DNA from: a virus
Taxonomy: Duplodnaviria; Caudoviricetes
Length of the DNA stretch: 64,000 nt
Virus record (IMG/VR): IMGVR_UViG_3300022719_000071
Coordinates: 256,001 to 320,000 of that record
Reading direction: 5' to 3' (one strand)
Both the position numbers and the translations under genes were made by a program. The notes below the pieces were generated by a model. The model was not told where the DNA came from. It searched no databases and saw only the letters and a program-made list of their open reading frames with translations. This document shows positions 52,500 through 62,739 of the stretch, piece after piece (the first letter of the stretch is position 1; every line of letters begins with the position of its first letter).

Positions 52500-53152
52500 C
52501 TAAGATGCGAAATTTCGATAGCACAGATCCATCGCTACTGGAAACAGCGGCTCACGATCACATCGTGACTGCGTATGCCGTCGTTTACGCCATGGAGGCT
52601 AAGCTGTGGACAATAGCCCACGACTTTGATGCCTGGGAAGACCCCAACGTTCGTGTCGTTCGTGATAAGGTGGTGGCTCGGCTGAAAGCCATCCGCTCCC
52701 TCTACAACACTCGCTTTCCCTGGAAGTGCCACAGCTATAGTATTCGTGGCAACTTCAGCGAGAACTACTACGGTGATCTACACAACCATGACGTGGACCA
52801 CGCCCTTAAGAAAGAGTTTGGTGAGAGTGTGTTCTGCGACAGTGAATCCGGCTGGTTCGTGGTGGATGTGACTCCGACCAAGGTTGAAGAGGTCAAGGAG
52901 TTCATCAAGATCAACTTCCCGGACATGGAATTCACCGTGGACAAACTGGACGAGAACGAACTGAATATTCCAGGAGTCAGTAACTGGCTCAGCGCCAATC
53001 TCTGGTTAAAGGAGCGTGAAATCACGGTGGACATGGAATTTCCCAAGATTCAGCCCAAGACTGGTAAAGAGCTTGAGAAGCTTCTGATGATGGCTCGTAA
53101 GGCTCTTCACAAGACTGGTTTGCCGAAAGAGGAAGCAATCAAGCTACTCTGA
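52496..53152 (+). CDS. Hypothetical protein
   Basis: ATGA-coupled ORF. Confidence 0.65.
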   Translation: MTKMRNFDSTDPSLLETAAHDHIVTAYAVVYAMEAKLWTIAHDFDAWEDPNVRVVRDKVVARLKAIRSLYNTRFPWKCHSYSIRGNFSENYYGDLHNHDVDHALKKEFGESVFCDSESGWFVVDVTPTKVEEVKEFIKINFPDMEFTVDKLDENELNIPGVSNWLSANLWLKEREITVDMEFPKIQPKTGKELEKLLMMARKALHKTGLPKEEAIKLL

Positions 53153-53215
53153 GGATTTGCCCATTATAAATGATAAATATGGGTTTAGTGTTTATCATTG
53201 TAGGGATATAACCAT

Positions 53216-54085
53216 ATGGACATAAAGGATATACGTAACCAATCAGAAAAAACTATGAGAATTCTTGTCGTTCAGGGTGGCACTAGAAGTGAGAACTCTT
53301 GTCCTGGCAGAAATACAAAAATTCGTTCTATGGTTGATTTAATATTAGAGTCTTCTCCGGATTACGTTAATGTTGATGTTCTTGATTTAGCAGTAGAGGG
53401 TGATGGAAAAAGAATTATTCAGCCGTGTAAAGGATGCGTAGGTACAGCAGGAGGTTTTCATTGTCATTGGAAATGCACTTGTTATGGTCCCAAATCAGAT
53501 AGCTCAGACCTTAATGATATAATGCACGATGATAAAGTATATGACAGATTAGAAATGTCGGATGGTATCATGTTTATGACTCCCATTCATTGGTTTAAGC
53601 CCAGTGGTCCAATTTTAGCTATGCTTGATCGATTGGTATGTGCTAGTTTAACTATAACAAGAGAACAAGCAAAACGTCTAACTGATAACGATTTAAAAAA
53701 TCCAGAAAAAACGATGGCATTGGAAAAGTCCGGCAAATACGACAATCTTAAGAAGAATCACTTAGGAGGTAAAGTAGCTGCGGTGTTTGCTCAAGGTGAT
53801 GACGGTGCTGATGACTATTACAACACAATAAACAAGCCAAATACAACACCTGGAAACTTTATGGAAGATGTATATTCTAGTCCCATAGATGCTGTTATTC
53901 CTTTGGTTAAAGCTCTAAGATTTATGGATATCGAAGTTCCTGATGATTTAATCGTAGGGGTTAACCGGGGTAAAGGAAAGGATTACGCTGTAAATGACGA
54001 AACCTATAAGTCAGCCGAAAAGTATATGGCTATTCCCGTGAACCTCTTTTTGAAATTAGTCAACAGAATTAATGATCTTCGTTGA
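53216..54085 (+). CDS. Flavodoxin-fold NAD(P)H-dependent FMN reductase / iron-sulfur flavoprotein
   Basis: ILVVQGGTR, PCKGC...CHWKCTC, DGIMFMTPIHW, LDRL, GKVAAV. Confidence 0.85.
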   Translation: MDIKDIRNQSEKTMRILVVQGGTRSENSCPGRNTKIRSMVDLILESSPDYVNVDVLDLAVEGDGKRIIQPCKGCVGTAGGFHCHWKCTCYGPKSDSSDLNDIMHDDKVYDRLEMSDGIMFMTPIHWFKPSGPILAMLDRLVCASLTITREQAKRLTDNDLKNPEKTMALEKSGKYDNLKKNHLGGKVAAVFAQGDDGADDYYNTINKPNTTPGNFMEDVYSSPIDAVIPLVKALRFMDIEVPDDLIVGVNRGKGKDYAVNDETYKSAEKYMAIPVNLFLKLVNRINDLR

Positions 54086-54169
54086 ATGTTAGGATATCTA
54101 TAAAATCGTTGCCCGCTACCGATGATATACTCCTGAACCGGATAAATACTGGTTCAGGGGTATAAACGT

Positions 54170-55084
54170 ATGACAATTAGAACTTACCTACCTGCTTTTG
54201 GATTGGGCATGCTGCTCCTTACGGCTTTATCCTTAGCAACAATAGCCGCATATCAAAGTATCATAGGTCTAGCAGACCTTTTCGCTGCACGTAAAGAAGT
54301 CGTTGTAATCATGGCTGTCTTTATCGAATGGGCGAAATTGCTATTTGCCGGTTCACTTCATATGTTTTGGAATTCACTTCCCTGGTGGAAGTGGATTGGT
54401 ATAGCTATTGTGGTTATCCATATGGCGGTAACCAATATCGGAATTTACTCCTACCTGTCTTCTGGCTATCTTCTCCAGGAAGCTCCTGTAGCGGCTCTAG
54501 AGCGGCGCATCACTGGGATTGACCAGGACATCAACCAACAGAAGAAAATCGAAGAGGAAGCATCCAGGCAAATCTCAGCTATGGATACAGCCTACCAGCG
54601 GTACGTTGAGGGGCTATACATCCGTCGTGCTGAACAATACAAAGCTACTAATGCAGAATTACGTGCACAGTTGGAAAAGCAACGTGATAAGGCCAGAATG
54701 GTAATTGATGGTCTTGAAGAAAAGAAGCGTGGTCTAACAGAAATTAAGGTTGATAATGCTGCCAAGCTGGGTAGCATTGAGCACATCTCTGCTTTTATTG
54801 GGTCTGACCAAGAGAGCATCATGAAGATGGTTGTTCTGTTCACTATCTTGCTTATGATGGGTCTTGATCCTGCGGCTGTTCTGTTGGTCGTAATGTTCAC
54901 TCATTTATTAAATAAATGGATGGGGGTTAAAAATCCAAAACCGGTTTTAGAAGTGGCTGAGAAGGCCAAAGAAGAGCCTAAGCCACTGGATAAAAAAGCT
55001 GAAGAGCAAGCTTACCAACAACATTTGAAGGACATTGGATACATGGAAGGATCTCCTGGGTGGTACCGTAGAAAGAAGCTATGA
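54170..55084 (+). CDS. Membrane protein with long coiled coil
   Basis: 3 N-terminal TM helices, coil, C-terminal TM pair with DP motif. Confidence 0.7.
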   Translation: MTIRTYLPAFGLGMLLLTALSLATIAAYQSIIGLADLFAARKEVVVIMAVFIEWAKLLFAGSLHMFWNSLPWWKWIGIAIVVIHMAVTNIGIYSYLSSGYLLQEAPVAALERRITGIDQDINQQKKIEEEASRQISAMDTAYQRYVEGLYIRRAEQYKATNAELRAQLEKQRDKARMVIDGLEEKKRGLTEIKVDNAAKLGSIEHISAFIGSDQESIMKMVVLFTILLMMGLDPAAVLLVVMFTHLLNKWMGVKNPKPVLEVAEKAKEEPKPLDKKAEEQAYQQHLKDIGYMEGSPGWYRRKKL

Positions 55085-56796
55085 AACTAGTGCAACTGTT
55101 TGAACAAGTCAGTCTGTTTGAGGCGGCGAAGGATCGCTACATGCAGCCTTTTACTGGTCTATTGTCAATTGCCGAACAACTAGGTTTGGATAACCTATCT
55201 GAAGGAATTGACAACGCTATATCTTGGGCAATGCGAACTTTGAAAAAGGAGGATAAGATTGTCTGGTTTCTTCGATGGATGAAGCTTGAAGCTCTTCGTA
55301 TTCTCAAGCTCAATACTGAAGGTGAAGTGCGGGAACGTGTACACAAAGCATGGGACAAAGCTGCAACTAAAATATCCAAGAATTCTGGCATCTCAAAAGA
55401 ACAGATCGAGTCCTATGCCAATCAATTTGTTAGTGGTGGATTCCGAACTCAGATGAATCATTACATGAGTCTCGGACTACCAGCCATTGATGACTATGTG
55501 TTTACTTGGCAGACTCCAGAGCAAATTTTTAGAGACTTTCAAGTAATTGAGCAGGAATGGCAAAAGAAATTGCAAGAACTTGTCCCAATTGAGCGTGACG
55601 AAGTTGAAACTGTTATTAAGTTCCCTGATGGCTCGGAATGGATTAACCTCAATAAGCCGGCGTGTGATGTTGAAGCAAAAGCCATGGGTCATTGTGGGAA
55701 CGCTGATACCTATCACCCCGATGATACCGTTCTATCGTATCGTACCATCGAAAAGAATAACAAGGGAGAGGAGATGTGGAAGCCACGTCTCACATTTATT
55801 TTGGATACCAAGAATGGTATGCTGGGTGAGATGAAAGGACGTGCTAATCAGAAGCCCGATGCCAAGTATCATGGTGTAATCATAGATCTACTAAAGCACC
55901 CATTGATCAAAGGCATCAAAGGTGGAGGTTACAAGCCTGAGAACAATTTCAGCATCGATGATCTACCAAAAGAAGTTGTCGAAAAACTAATCGATATGAA
56001 ACCTGGATTGGCTGACATTCGATACGATTACAATAAGCGTGGTATAACCCGTGAGTTGCTGACTAGGATGAATCAGAAGTTTGATGATGAAACCGACGGT
56101 GCTCTTGAACTACCAGAATACGATAATAAGCGTAAAGTATTCCTCGGAGAAACCATGGAGGGTTCTGTAGACGACTTCGTTAAGGAGTATGGTGGGGATA
56201 CAGCCAACTGGGTGGTCAATATTCTTTCTGGTGAAGAACACCTTGATATCTATCATACTGCTAATGACCCCGAAGACTTGTGGAATATACTACCAGACAA
56301 GATAACAACCCGAGTTGGTCATTGGTTATTGAAGAACTACTCTGATGCGGTTGAAGAATGGAAAGAAGAGAACGACGAAAACTTTGATCCATCTGACGCT
56401 AATGCTGCTTGGCACATCATTGAAGAGCATAGCATAGATGAAGTGAAGACTGCACTCAATAGTGCTATGCTGGATGCAGAGTATATTGGTACTGAAGCAG
56501 AAATGCTAAACTCCTTGAAAGATTGGCTAAAGAAACTTCCCAACCGAGATGGATTTGATATCTCCTTATACCCAGGACACACAAAATGGGATGCCAAGCA
56601 ATACGTAGTGATATCAGAAAAATCGATGATCGATATTGTGACAGATATGATGGATCAGGTGGCTTGGCATGGAAGCCTGATATCGTTTTTTGAGATTGAA
56701 GACCTTGAATCTCCTTATCATGGATGGCATGGGTTTGATGAACAAGTCGCCATCGAACAGGCGGAAGAAAGGCTATCCGTGGAAGGTATTCTATAA
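55081..56796 (+). CDS. Probable internal head protein with PcfJ-like domain
   Basis: MKLVQLFEQVSLFEA start; EAKAMGHCG...LSYR...PRLT...EMKGRANQKP. Confidence 0.6.
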   Translation: MKLVQLFEQVSLFEAAKDRYMQPFTGLLSIAEQLGLDNLSEGIDNAISWAMRTLKKEDKIVWFLRWMKLEALRILKLNTEGEVRERVHKAWDKAATKISKNSGISKEQIESYANQFVSGGFRTQMNHYMSLGLPAIDDYVFTWQTPEQIFRDFQVIEQEWQKKLQELVPIERDEVETVIKFPDGSEWINLNKPACDVEAKAMGHCGNADTYHPDDTVLSYRTIEKNNKGEEMWKPRLTFILDTKNGMLGEMKGRANQKPDAKYHGVIIDLLKHPLIKGIKGGGYKPENNFSIDDLPKEVVEKLIDMKPGLADIRYDYNKRGITRELLTRMNQKFDDETDGALELPEYDNKRKVFLGETMEGSVDDFVKEYGGDTANWVVNILSGEEHLDIYHTANDPEDLWNILPDKITTRVGHWLLKNYSDAVEEWKEENDENFDPSDANAAWHIIEEHSIDEVKTALNSAMLDAEYIGTEAEMLNSLKDWLKKLPNRDGFDISLYPGHTKWDAKQYVVISEKSMIDIVTDMMDQVAWHGSLISFFEIEDLESPYHGWHGFDEQVAIEQAEERLSVEGIL

Positions 56797-57347
56797 TGCG
56801 CCTTCTTCAGTTTCTCGAAGCTACTAATGACCGTTGGCTGCGATATGCCAAGTCTCATGGCGAGCACAATTTCCCTCAAGGTACTAAAGCTGAGGATTAT
56901 GATTGGCAGTTTATCCCCAAGCTGATGCTCACCACCATGACTAATATCATGAACCCAGAACAATGGGTGGATTTCTTTCGTGACGAACATGATGTAGCAG
57001 TTGATGATGGACGCATGGGATATGAAGACGAACTGAAGAATCCAATACGAGAACCAGTGGTATTGGTGAAAATTGGCAAGGTGTACAATGTGGTCGATGG
57101 ATGGCACAGGATTGGCGCTTCGTTTGCCGGTAATCGCAAATCAATCCCTGCCGTCATTGGTGTGCCGAAGGTTCCAATGCATACTGGCGAGACCGTTGGA
57201 GGCAACGAGGGTGAGGTAAATAGTGATGATGATACGCCACGTCCTCCACCGCAGCATGGTAACGAAGAAGGCAATGCATCCTGGGATTGGACAGATCCAT
57301 ACCATTCCAGTGGTGCAGAAAACGCAGTGATGAGTAGAACACCATGA
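56796..57347 (+). CDS. ParB/Srx N-terminal-like domain protein
   Basis: PVVLV...VVDGWHRI...IPAVI; start MRLLQFLEA. Confidence 0.6.
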   Translation: MRLLQFLEATNDRWLRYAKSHGEHNFPQGTKAEDYDWQFIPKLMLTTMTNIMNPEQWVDFFRDEHDVAVDDGRMGYEDELKNPIREPVVLVKIGKVYNVVDGWHRIGASFAGNRKSIPAVIGVPKVPMHTGETVGGNEGEVNSDDDTPRPPPQHGNEEGNASWDWTDPYHSSGAENAVMSRTP

Positions 57348-58201
57348 AACTAATTGATTTGATGCGACACACACGAATTGATGAGGCACCGCCTCTAAAG
57401 CGTTTTGATGTGTTACCAGATGCATCGAAGCTCCCTGGCCCTAGCAAAAAGTTACAGCATTCTAATATAAAAAATATTCCTAAAGATTTACAAACAGTAG
57501 TTTCTCAACCATTTCAAAAAGCTCTCAAAAAGAAAATGCAGGATATTCCATATCCGATATACATCTATCAAATGGCTATTGCAATAGCAGCAGATAGTTA
57601 CGACAGACATCTACTCAAATTACAACATCAATCTGTTAACCCGGAATTTTATCACATGATTGATAAAAAAGCATTAATTGAATTGTATGGGAGGGATATT
57701 GCTAACAAAATTAAACTGGATCCTGCTGGAGTAACATTGGTTTATAACTACCAAACCGCTTTTCCATCAACTGTGTGGGGATTCATGCATGATTTTGTTC
57801 ACGCCATCACCCTATCTAATATTAAAACAACCGAGGAGTTAGAAAAAGTAGATACGATAATTGAAAACATTGTAATACATGCACAAAAGTCTTTTCCTGA
57901 TTCACCTATTTTGAGAAAAGAAATAGGGAGGCATGGAATAGAGAGAGTAGCATATTCGATGCTAACAATGAAATCTGCTAGGACAGGATTCCTATCCAAC
58001 CGACCAGAAGAAGGTTCAACAGAGTTAATGACTCAATGGCTTTTCTCCAAGAAAATAGAATTCGATTGGAGCAAGATATCTAACAGCGAAAAAATGGATG
58101 AAGTGTTTTCCGAATTGGTTAATAAAGCCATTCCAAAAATTGATGCGATATTTTGGAGAATTTTAATGAGCGCAAAAGGTAAGTCATATTTCACATCATG
58201 A
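57344..58201 (+). CDS. Hypothetical protein, distant paralog of 58198-59058
   Basis: Shared N-terminus MKLxDLMRHTRIDEAP; MHDFVHA versus MAHRIGHA; TMKSAR versus GMRSAR. Confidence 0.7.
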   Translation: MKLIDLMRHTRIDEAPPLKRFDVLPDASKLPGPSKKLQHSNIKNIPKDLQTVVSQPFQKALKKKMQDIPYPIYIYQMAIAIAADSYDRHLLKLQHQSVNPEFYHMIDKKALIELYGRDIANKIKLDPAGVTLVYNYQTAFPSTVWGFMHDFVHAITLSNIKTTEELEKVDTIIENIVIHAQKSFPDSPILRKEIGRHGIERVAYSMLTMKSARTGFLSNRPEEGSTELMTQWLFSKKIEFDWSKISNSEKMDEVFSELVNKAIPKIDAIFWRILMSAKGKSYFTS

Positions 58202-59058
58202 AACTATTAGATTTGATGCGACACACACGAATTGATGAGGCACCACTCGGTGACTATCAGCTTGTTGGTAATTGGGGGGACAAGGAGAAGTCCCACGGAT
58301 TTCGACATGCCGCTGATCGTAAGATACTTCAGAATCCCACTGCTGTTCGAATAGCTCAAAAGAGGTTTGGTAAGACCGAACATATACTCAATCTCTACTT
58401 CGTCAATCTTCCCGGAGCTTCTAAACATTCTGAAACCGGATTCATGGAGCCAGAGCAAATTGCAGCAGCAATGCCCAAGGCATGGCCAGAGATTGCAGCC
58501 CGTGCCGAGGAAGCAAATCACAGAGATGCAATCAATGTCATCTTCGTTGGAAATACTGGATTCCAACGAATGAACATGACCCCATGGATCATGGCACATC
58601 GTATCGGTCACGCACTTCGGGCATCCGAACGATTTGGTCAGCGAGGATACTGGAGAGATTACGAGGAAGATGCAACCGAATTCTTTTCTAACATTCTGCA
58701 AAGTGTTTACGACATGAATATCAGCCCCCGTGAGATCTGGTTCGGACAGAAAGATAAGATCATAGCCAAGTTCTTCGAAGCAATCGGTGGTATGCGTAGC
58801 GCTCGCAAGAGTAAGCTCGGTGGACGACCATACGAGTTCTTGTACGAGATGTTTGCGCAACACGTTGTTACTGGTTCTCTAAAATTTCGTAACCTTCCAC
58901 AGAGCTTCGGAATGCGCAACGGTCCCTACTATCGCATGCAGGATGAAGAGACAGCAGACATGTGGAACCACTCACTAAACAGTGATGTTGCTGACCATCT
59001 TGGATCCCGCATTGATAATACTCTCTACAATGCAGAAGGCAAATTCTTAGTTATGTAA
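58198..59058 (+). CDS. Hypothetical protein with HxxxH motif
   Basis: TPWIMAHRIGHAL; RPYEFLYEMFAQ. Confidence 0.75.
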   Translation: MKLLDLMRHTRIDEAPLGDYQLVGNWGDKEKSHGFRHAADRKILQNPTAVRIAQKRFGKTEHILNLYFVNLPGASKHSETGFMEPEQIAAAMPKAWPEIAARAEEANHRDAINVIFVGNTGFQRMNMTPWIMAHRIGHALRASERFGQRGYWRDYEEDATEFFSNILQSVYDMNISPREIWFGQKDKIIAKFFEAIGGMRSARKSKLGGRPYEFLYEMFAQHVVTGSLKFRNLPQSFGMRNGPYYRMQDEETADMWNHSLNSDVADHLGSRIDNTLYNAEGKFLVM

Positions 59059-59092
59059 CTTGACTTCATTATCTTTCATGACGATATTTTAG

Positions 59093-59113
59093 AAGCCCGG
59101 ACCACCGGGCTTT
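59093..59113 (+). terminator. Small terminator hairpin
   Basis: AAGCCCGG-ACCA-CCGGGCTT-T. Confidence 0.55.
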
Positions 59114-59216
59114 ATCGTTTCTGTGCTCATATTTTCAAGTTCGGAAACTGTACATGGAAAAACTTATATTCCATAAATACTTCCACATCAATTTAGCAAA
59201 TATAGGAGACCCGAAC

Positions 59217-59555
59217 ATGCTAAACGAAGAACAGCTTCAGGAAGAGGTTACTATCACTGGTGGAACCGCACTTATTCTACTACAGGTTGTGGCTCGTGTA
59301 GTCAGTCTTCAGAATGGACTCAAGGACGTTGAGCTAAAGCCAGTTGGCGACGCTCGTGAGAGCGTTGTGGCTGCGCTAGAGGCTGCTACTGGCGTCAACT
59401 TCGACCGTGCTCGTGCTCAGCAGCAGGCAGAGCTACAGCAGCGTATGGCTGCCGCCCGTGCTGCTCAGGCAAGACAGGAAGATGGTGACGAGGAGACCGA
59501 TCCAGCCGCCGCTGCTGAAGAGGCAGGCGATGAAGAGACCGTAACGGTTAAGTAA
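59217..59555 (+). CDS. Hypothetical protein
   Basis: TAAATA (59174), AGGAG SD, biased codons. Confidence 0.7.
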   Translation: MLNEEQLQEEVTITGGTALILLQVVARVVSLQNGLKDVELKPVGDARESVVAALEAATGVNFDRARAQQQAELQQRMAAARAAQARQEDGDEETDPAAAAEEAGDEETVTVK

Positions 59556-59582
59556 GGTTCGATAACCAACGGAGACAAGACA

Positions 59583-60347
59583 ATGATCAATCAAATTCCG
59601 AGGCATTTCGGACAAGTACGAGGAGAGGAGATAATAATCGCTGGTTACCATCGTTCTATGAACTCCTGCCTTATTGTCCGTTTGTCAAATCTACCACAGG
59701 ATGAGGCTGCTAACCTACGTCAGATCGCAATGTCCAGCACGGCACAGAACCTAGACTATTTGGTTCCCACGCTACGAGTGGAGGCGCACAAGTCTGGACA
59801 GGACTGGTTCACCTACCTTGTGACTAGACTTCAACGTGGAGACGGTTCTGTAATGAACATGCCACTGAAGGAAATAGAGGCGATGAATGAGAGCCAGAAG
59901 AGCTTCTTCAAGGGCTATGGCGAAGGAGTCGAGCCGAAGGGCGGTCCATCTCAGCGTGTGGGTAAAGACACCGAGTTCCGTACTCCACTGGTTGATATCA
60001 GAGGACAGCTTGTGACTGCCGAGGAGGAAGAGCAGCGTCCGAGGGCTCCAGCCAATTTGGCAGAAGCCCAACAGATTAATACAGCACCTACACCAGCCAC
60101 GGATTCCGAAATGGCTCGTATGGTTGCTCAGCAAGGCGGTGGATCCTCATCCCAAGATCAGGTGAACCTAGCAATTCTGGAGACTCTGAAGAGTTTACAG
60201 GCTGGAATGCAGGAACTGTCCGCTGAGGTAAAGAAGCGTCCACGTAAGACCATTCGTCGTAAGACTCCAGTGCGTCGTAAAGCGGCTGCTTCTTCTGAGG
60301 AAACCACATCCGAACCACTAGCTGCTTATGGGGCTGAATCTGCTTAA
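59583..60347 (+). CDS. Hypothetical protein
   Basis: GGAG SD; 254-aa ORF. Confidence 0.7.
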   Translation: MINQIPRHFGQVRGEEIIIAGYHRSMNSCLIVRLSNLPQDEAANLRQIAMSSTAQNLDYLVPTLRVEAHKSGQDWFTYLVTRLQRGDGSVMNMPLKEIEAMNESQKSFFKGYGEGVEPKGGPSQRVGKDTEFRTPLVDIRGQLVTAEEEEQRPRAPANLAEAQQINTAPTPATDSEMARMVAQQGGGSSSQDQVNLAILETLKSLQAGMQELSAEVKKRPRKTIRRKTPVRRKAAASSEETTSEPLAAYGAESA

Positions 60348-60360
60348 ATATGGAAATATG

Positions 60361-60400
60361 TTGTGAATAGTGTGTTATTGTAATAACACACTATTCACAA
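60361..60400. terminator. Near-perfect 40-bp palindrome between convergent genes
   Basis: TTGTGAATAGTGTGTTATT-GT-AATAACACACTATTCACAA. Confidence 0.65.
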
Positions 60401-60434
60401 CAATCGAGTAAGTTCAAAAACTTATGCTTTCCAA

Positions 60435-60824
60435 TCATCGATTAATAATAGACTTGTCTAGTTGATTGATTGTGTCAGCACCAGCAACTTGAATGCCGCT
60501 GGTCGCTTGAAGGTATGCCTTCTCGATGCCATCAACTGGCTCGTGAATACCTATCACATGACGAAGATCAAATTTGACCTCATCCTTTGGATGGCTGAAC
60601 GGACCACCGTACGGTGCAGCGTTTAGCTTTTGCTGAATGGGGTTATTTGGGGAAGGTCGAGAAGTTGGATCAGCAGGCTCTGTTACGATTTGAAAAACCA
60701 CTGGTCGGCTCACACTGACCGACCTGTCATCCACGGAGTCTATCTCCGCAGTTACCTGCAAACCAGAAACAAGATCGAGTAGAACGATCTTGCCTTCGTA
60801 CTTCTTTACGTCCGATGAGTACAT
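60435..60824 (-). CDS. Sm/Hfq-like fold hypothetical protein
   Basis: GKIVLLDLVSGLQVTAEI...VSVSRPVV pattern. Confidence 0.5.
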   Translation of the reverse strand: MYSSDVKKYEGKIVLLDLVSGLQVTAEIDSVDDRSVSVSRPVVFQIVTEPADPTSRPSPNNPIQQKLNAAPYGGPFSHPKDEVKFDLRHVIGIHEPVDGIEKAYLQATSGIQVAGADTINQLDKSIINR

Positions 60825-60859
60825 GTTACTATCCTGTCAGTTAGTGGGACAGGGATAAT

Positions 60860-61345
60860 TTAGGACTTCTTGCTTTCGTTTTCAAGGCTTTTGAACAGCT
60901 TGAACATTTCTTCTTCAGGAGATTTTCCGGTATTGATTACCACGGAACGAGCTTTGTCATCCCATATTACTTTCATATCCGGAGTTTTTCTGTTAGTGAT
61001 TTCCAATCCACCTATTCCATGTTTTTCTAACCATTTAGCAATAGGAGGGATGTTTCGTGAGTCATGAGCACGGGCAGTGAAAATTTTAACTGTTTTTCCA
61101 GCATTCAACCAATCTTTGACTTTATTCAGCATATCTGGAACTGGCTCGCCAATAAATTCAGGATCAAAATCTTCTTCGTAATCCATGGCCAGAGTTCCAT
61201 CCAGATCAACAGCGATAGATTCGTCTTCTGTGAGAGATTGTTTATGAAACTCTTTATGATGTGTCATACAAGGTACCATTCTGTTTATAGGTTCGAGCAT
61301 ATAGAGGGAGATATGGCAGAAGCGGATAGCTTCAGTGACATGCAC
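60860..61345 (-). CDS. HAD-family phosphatase (polynucleotide kinase 3'-phosphatase-like)
   Basis: AVDLDGTL, KIFTAR, K...WDDK. Confidence 0.8.
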   Translation of the reverse strand: MHVTEAIRFCHISLYMLEPINRMVPCMTHHKEFHKQSLTEDESIAVDLDGTLAMDYEEDFDPEFIGEPVPDMLNKVKDWLNAGKTVKIFTARAHDSRNIPPIAKWLEKHGIGGLEITNRKTPDMKVIWDDKARSVVINTGKSPEEEMFKLFKSLENESKKS

Positions 61346-61389
61346 ATAATGAATATCAAGTATCAGCTACAGAGACGTTGGCTATGGTC

Positions 61390-62739
61390 TTAACGCTTTA
61401 GGCTAGGACGATACTCAGTAATCTTTTTTGCTGGGATCTTCTGACCATCAACAAATACCTGCACCAAGTCAACACCAAATCCATACTCTTCCTGGATCTT
61501 GTTGCGAACCTGACGAGCAGCCATCATTTTATCTGTTGCCTGAGTGATAATCTCTAGATCAACAATATCCTCGTTCACACGCACACGAGCGCTGCAATCA
61601 AAGAACTCAAGTTTATCGAGATACTTGTTCTCGGCTAACTTCTCAATTTTCTTGAATGCGACACCCACGGTTTGAACGAACTGCTCACGGCTTTCGTATA
61701 GGCGATTGTAGCTCTCACGGCAAAGCTTACCGAAGCGCTGCATGGCAACCTTACGAAATTTCTCTGCTAGCTTAGGAGCGTGATTGTGACGTGCGTGAAT
61801 AGACTCACGCATCAAGTTGATAAACTGACGGTCGCTTTTCCAAGCAACATCAGGAGTACGAGAGAACTCGACCTTGTATCCATGCTGCTCGTAGCTCTCA
61901 GCCATCTTCTGTAGAACGGAACGGCTAACAACCTCGAAGGCTGCCTTCTTCTTGCCATTCAAGGTAACGAGAACACCGGACTCAACTCCCTCGTATACGT
62001 TGGTTGCTCCATGTGTCTCCTTCTTAAACTCATGGGATCCCCACTTCATTGCGTCCTTTGGGGAACTTTCCTTACCTGGGGTACCAATCTGTTGGACCTT
62101 CTGGGAGTCCTTATTCCTAGCACCAACTGCATTGTTATTGGTCTTTGCAGAACGCTTGCCACCAGCACGAGTTGGGCCACCGGCCATCTTATCGTATGAA
62201 CGCTTCTTAGGAGCGGCATCGCCACCTTCTTCATTGGTTGTACCGCCAGCACGACCGTGCTCCATGGAGTCTGTGTATTCTTCTGCGTAGTCTGCCTGTG
62301 GAATAGTAAAGATATCCTGGTTACCATCATCCTCAGTGTTGGCAACCTTACCCCAATTGTCACCAACCTGCTTTAGCTTAGTGGTCTGATTTGGCTTCAT
62401 GCCAACTGAAGATGTAATCTTTGGAGACTTCTGATTTTCACCCTTGCTACCCATACCAGCAGTCTTACCGTGTGGCATAGAGTCAGTGTACTTCTCTGCA
62501 AAGTCTGCCTGTGGGAACAGGTCGTTGTCCTTTGGAGTAGCTACATCAGCGGTAAATTTTGGATCCTGAACAATCTGAGTGATTTGGTCATGGCGCTCGG
62601 AACGAGAAACAGCGGAAGTTGGATTCTTGATTTCCTTCTTCCCCTTGTTTCGTAGCTTGAGCTTTGCTACAGCAGCCTTCTTGACTTCATCAGCCTCCAT
62701 CAGCTTGCTTTGTACTAGTTCTACAGACAGTCGGTTCAC
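61390..62739 (-). CDS. Low-complexity probable prohead core/internal protein
   Basis: KLMEAD start; internal repeat PQADFAEKYTDSMPHG / PQADYAEEYTDSMEHG; TAAATA at 62787-92 (minus). Confidence 0.55.
   Translation of the reverse strand: MNRLSVELVQSKLMEADEVKKAAVAKLKLRNKGKKEIKNPTSAVSRSERHDQITQIVQDPKFTADVATPKDNDLFPQADFAEKYTDSMPHGKTAGMGSKGENQKSPKITSSVGMKPNQTTKLKQVGDNWGKVANTEDDGNQDIFTIPQADYAEEYTDSMEHGRAGGTTNEEGGDAAPKKRSYDKMAGGPTRAGGKRSAKTNNNAVGARNKDSQKVQQIGTPGKESSPKDAMKWGSHEFKKETHGATNVYEGVESGVLVTLNGKKKAAFEVVSRSVLQKMAESYEQHGYKVEFSRTPDVAWKSDRQFINLMRESIHARHNHAPKLAEKFRKVAMQRFGKLCRESYNRLYESREQFVQTVGVAFKKIEKLAENKYLDKLEFFDCSARVRVNEDIVDLEIITQATDKMMAARQVRNKIQEEYGFGVDLVQVFVDGQKIPAKKITEYRPSLKR

Noticed and set aside
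3150-62366. Long antisense or overlapping ORFs (e.g. 3626-4216, 4269-4763, 13471-14109, 51065-51904, 58207-58863) and ORFs across tRNA clusters
   Set aside because: These are shadows of codon-biased sense genes or tRNA arrays, with no SD or recognisable motifs.
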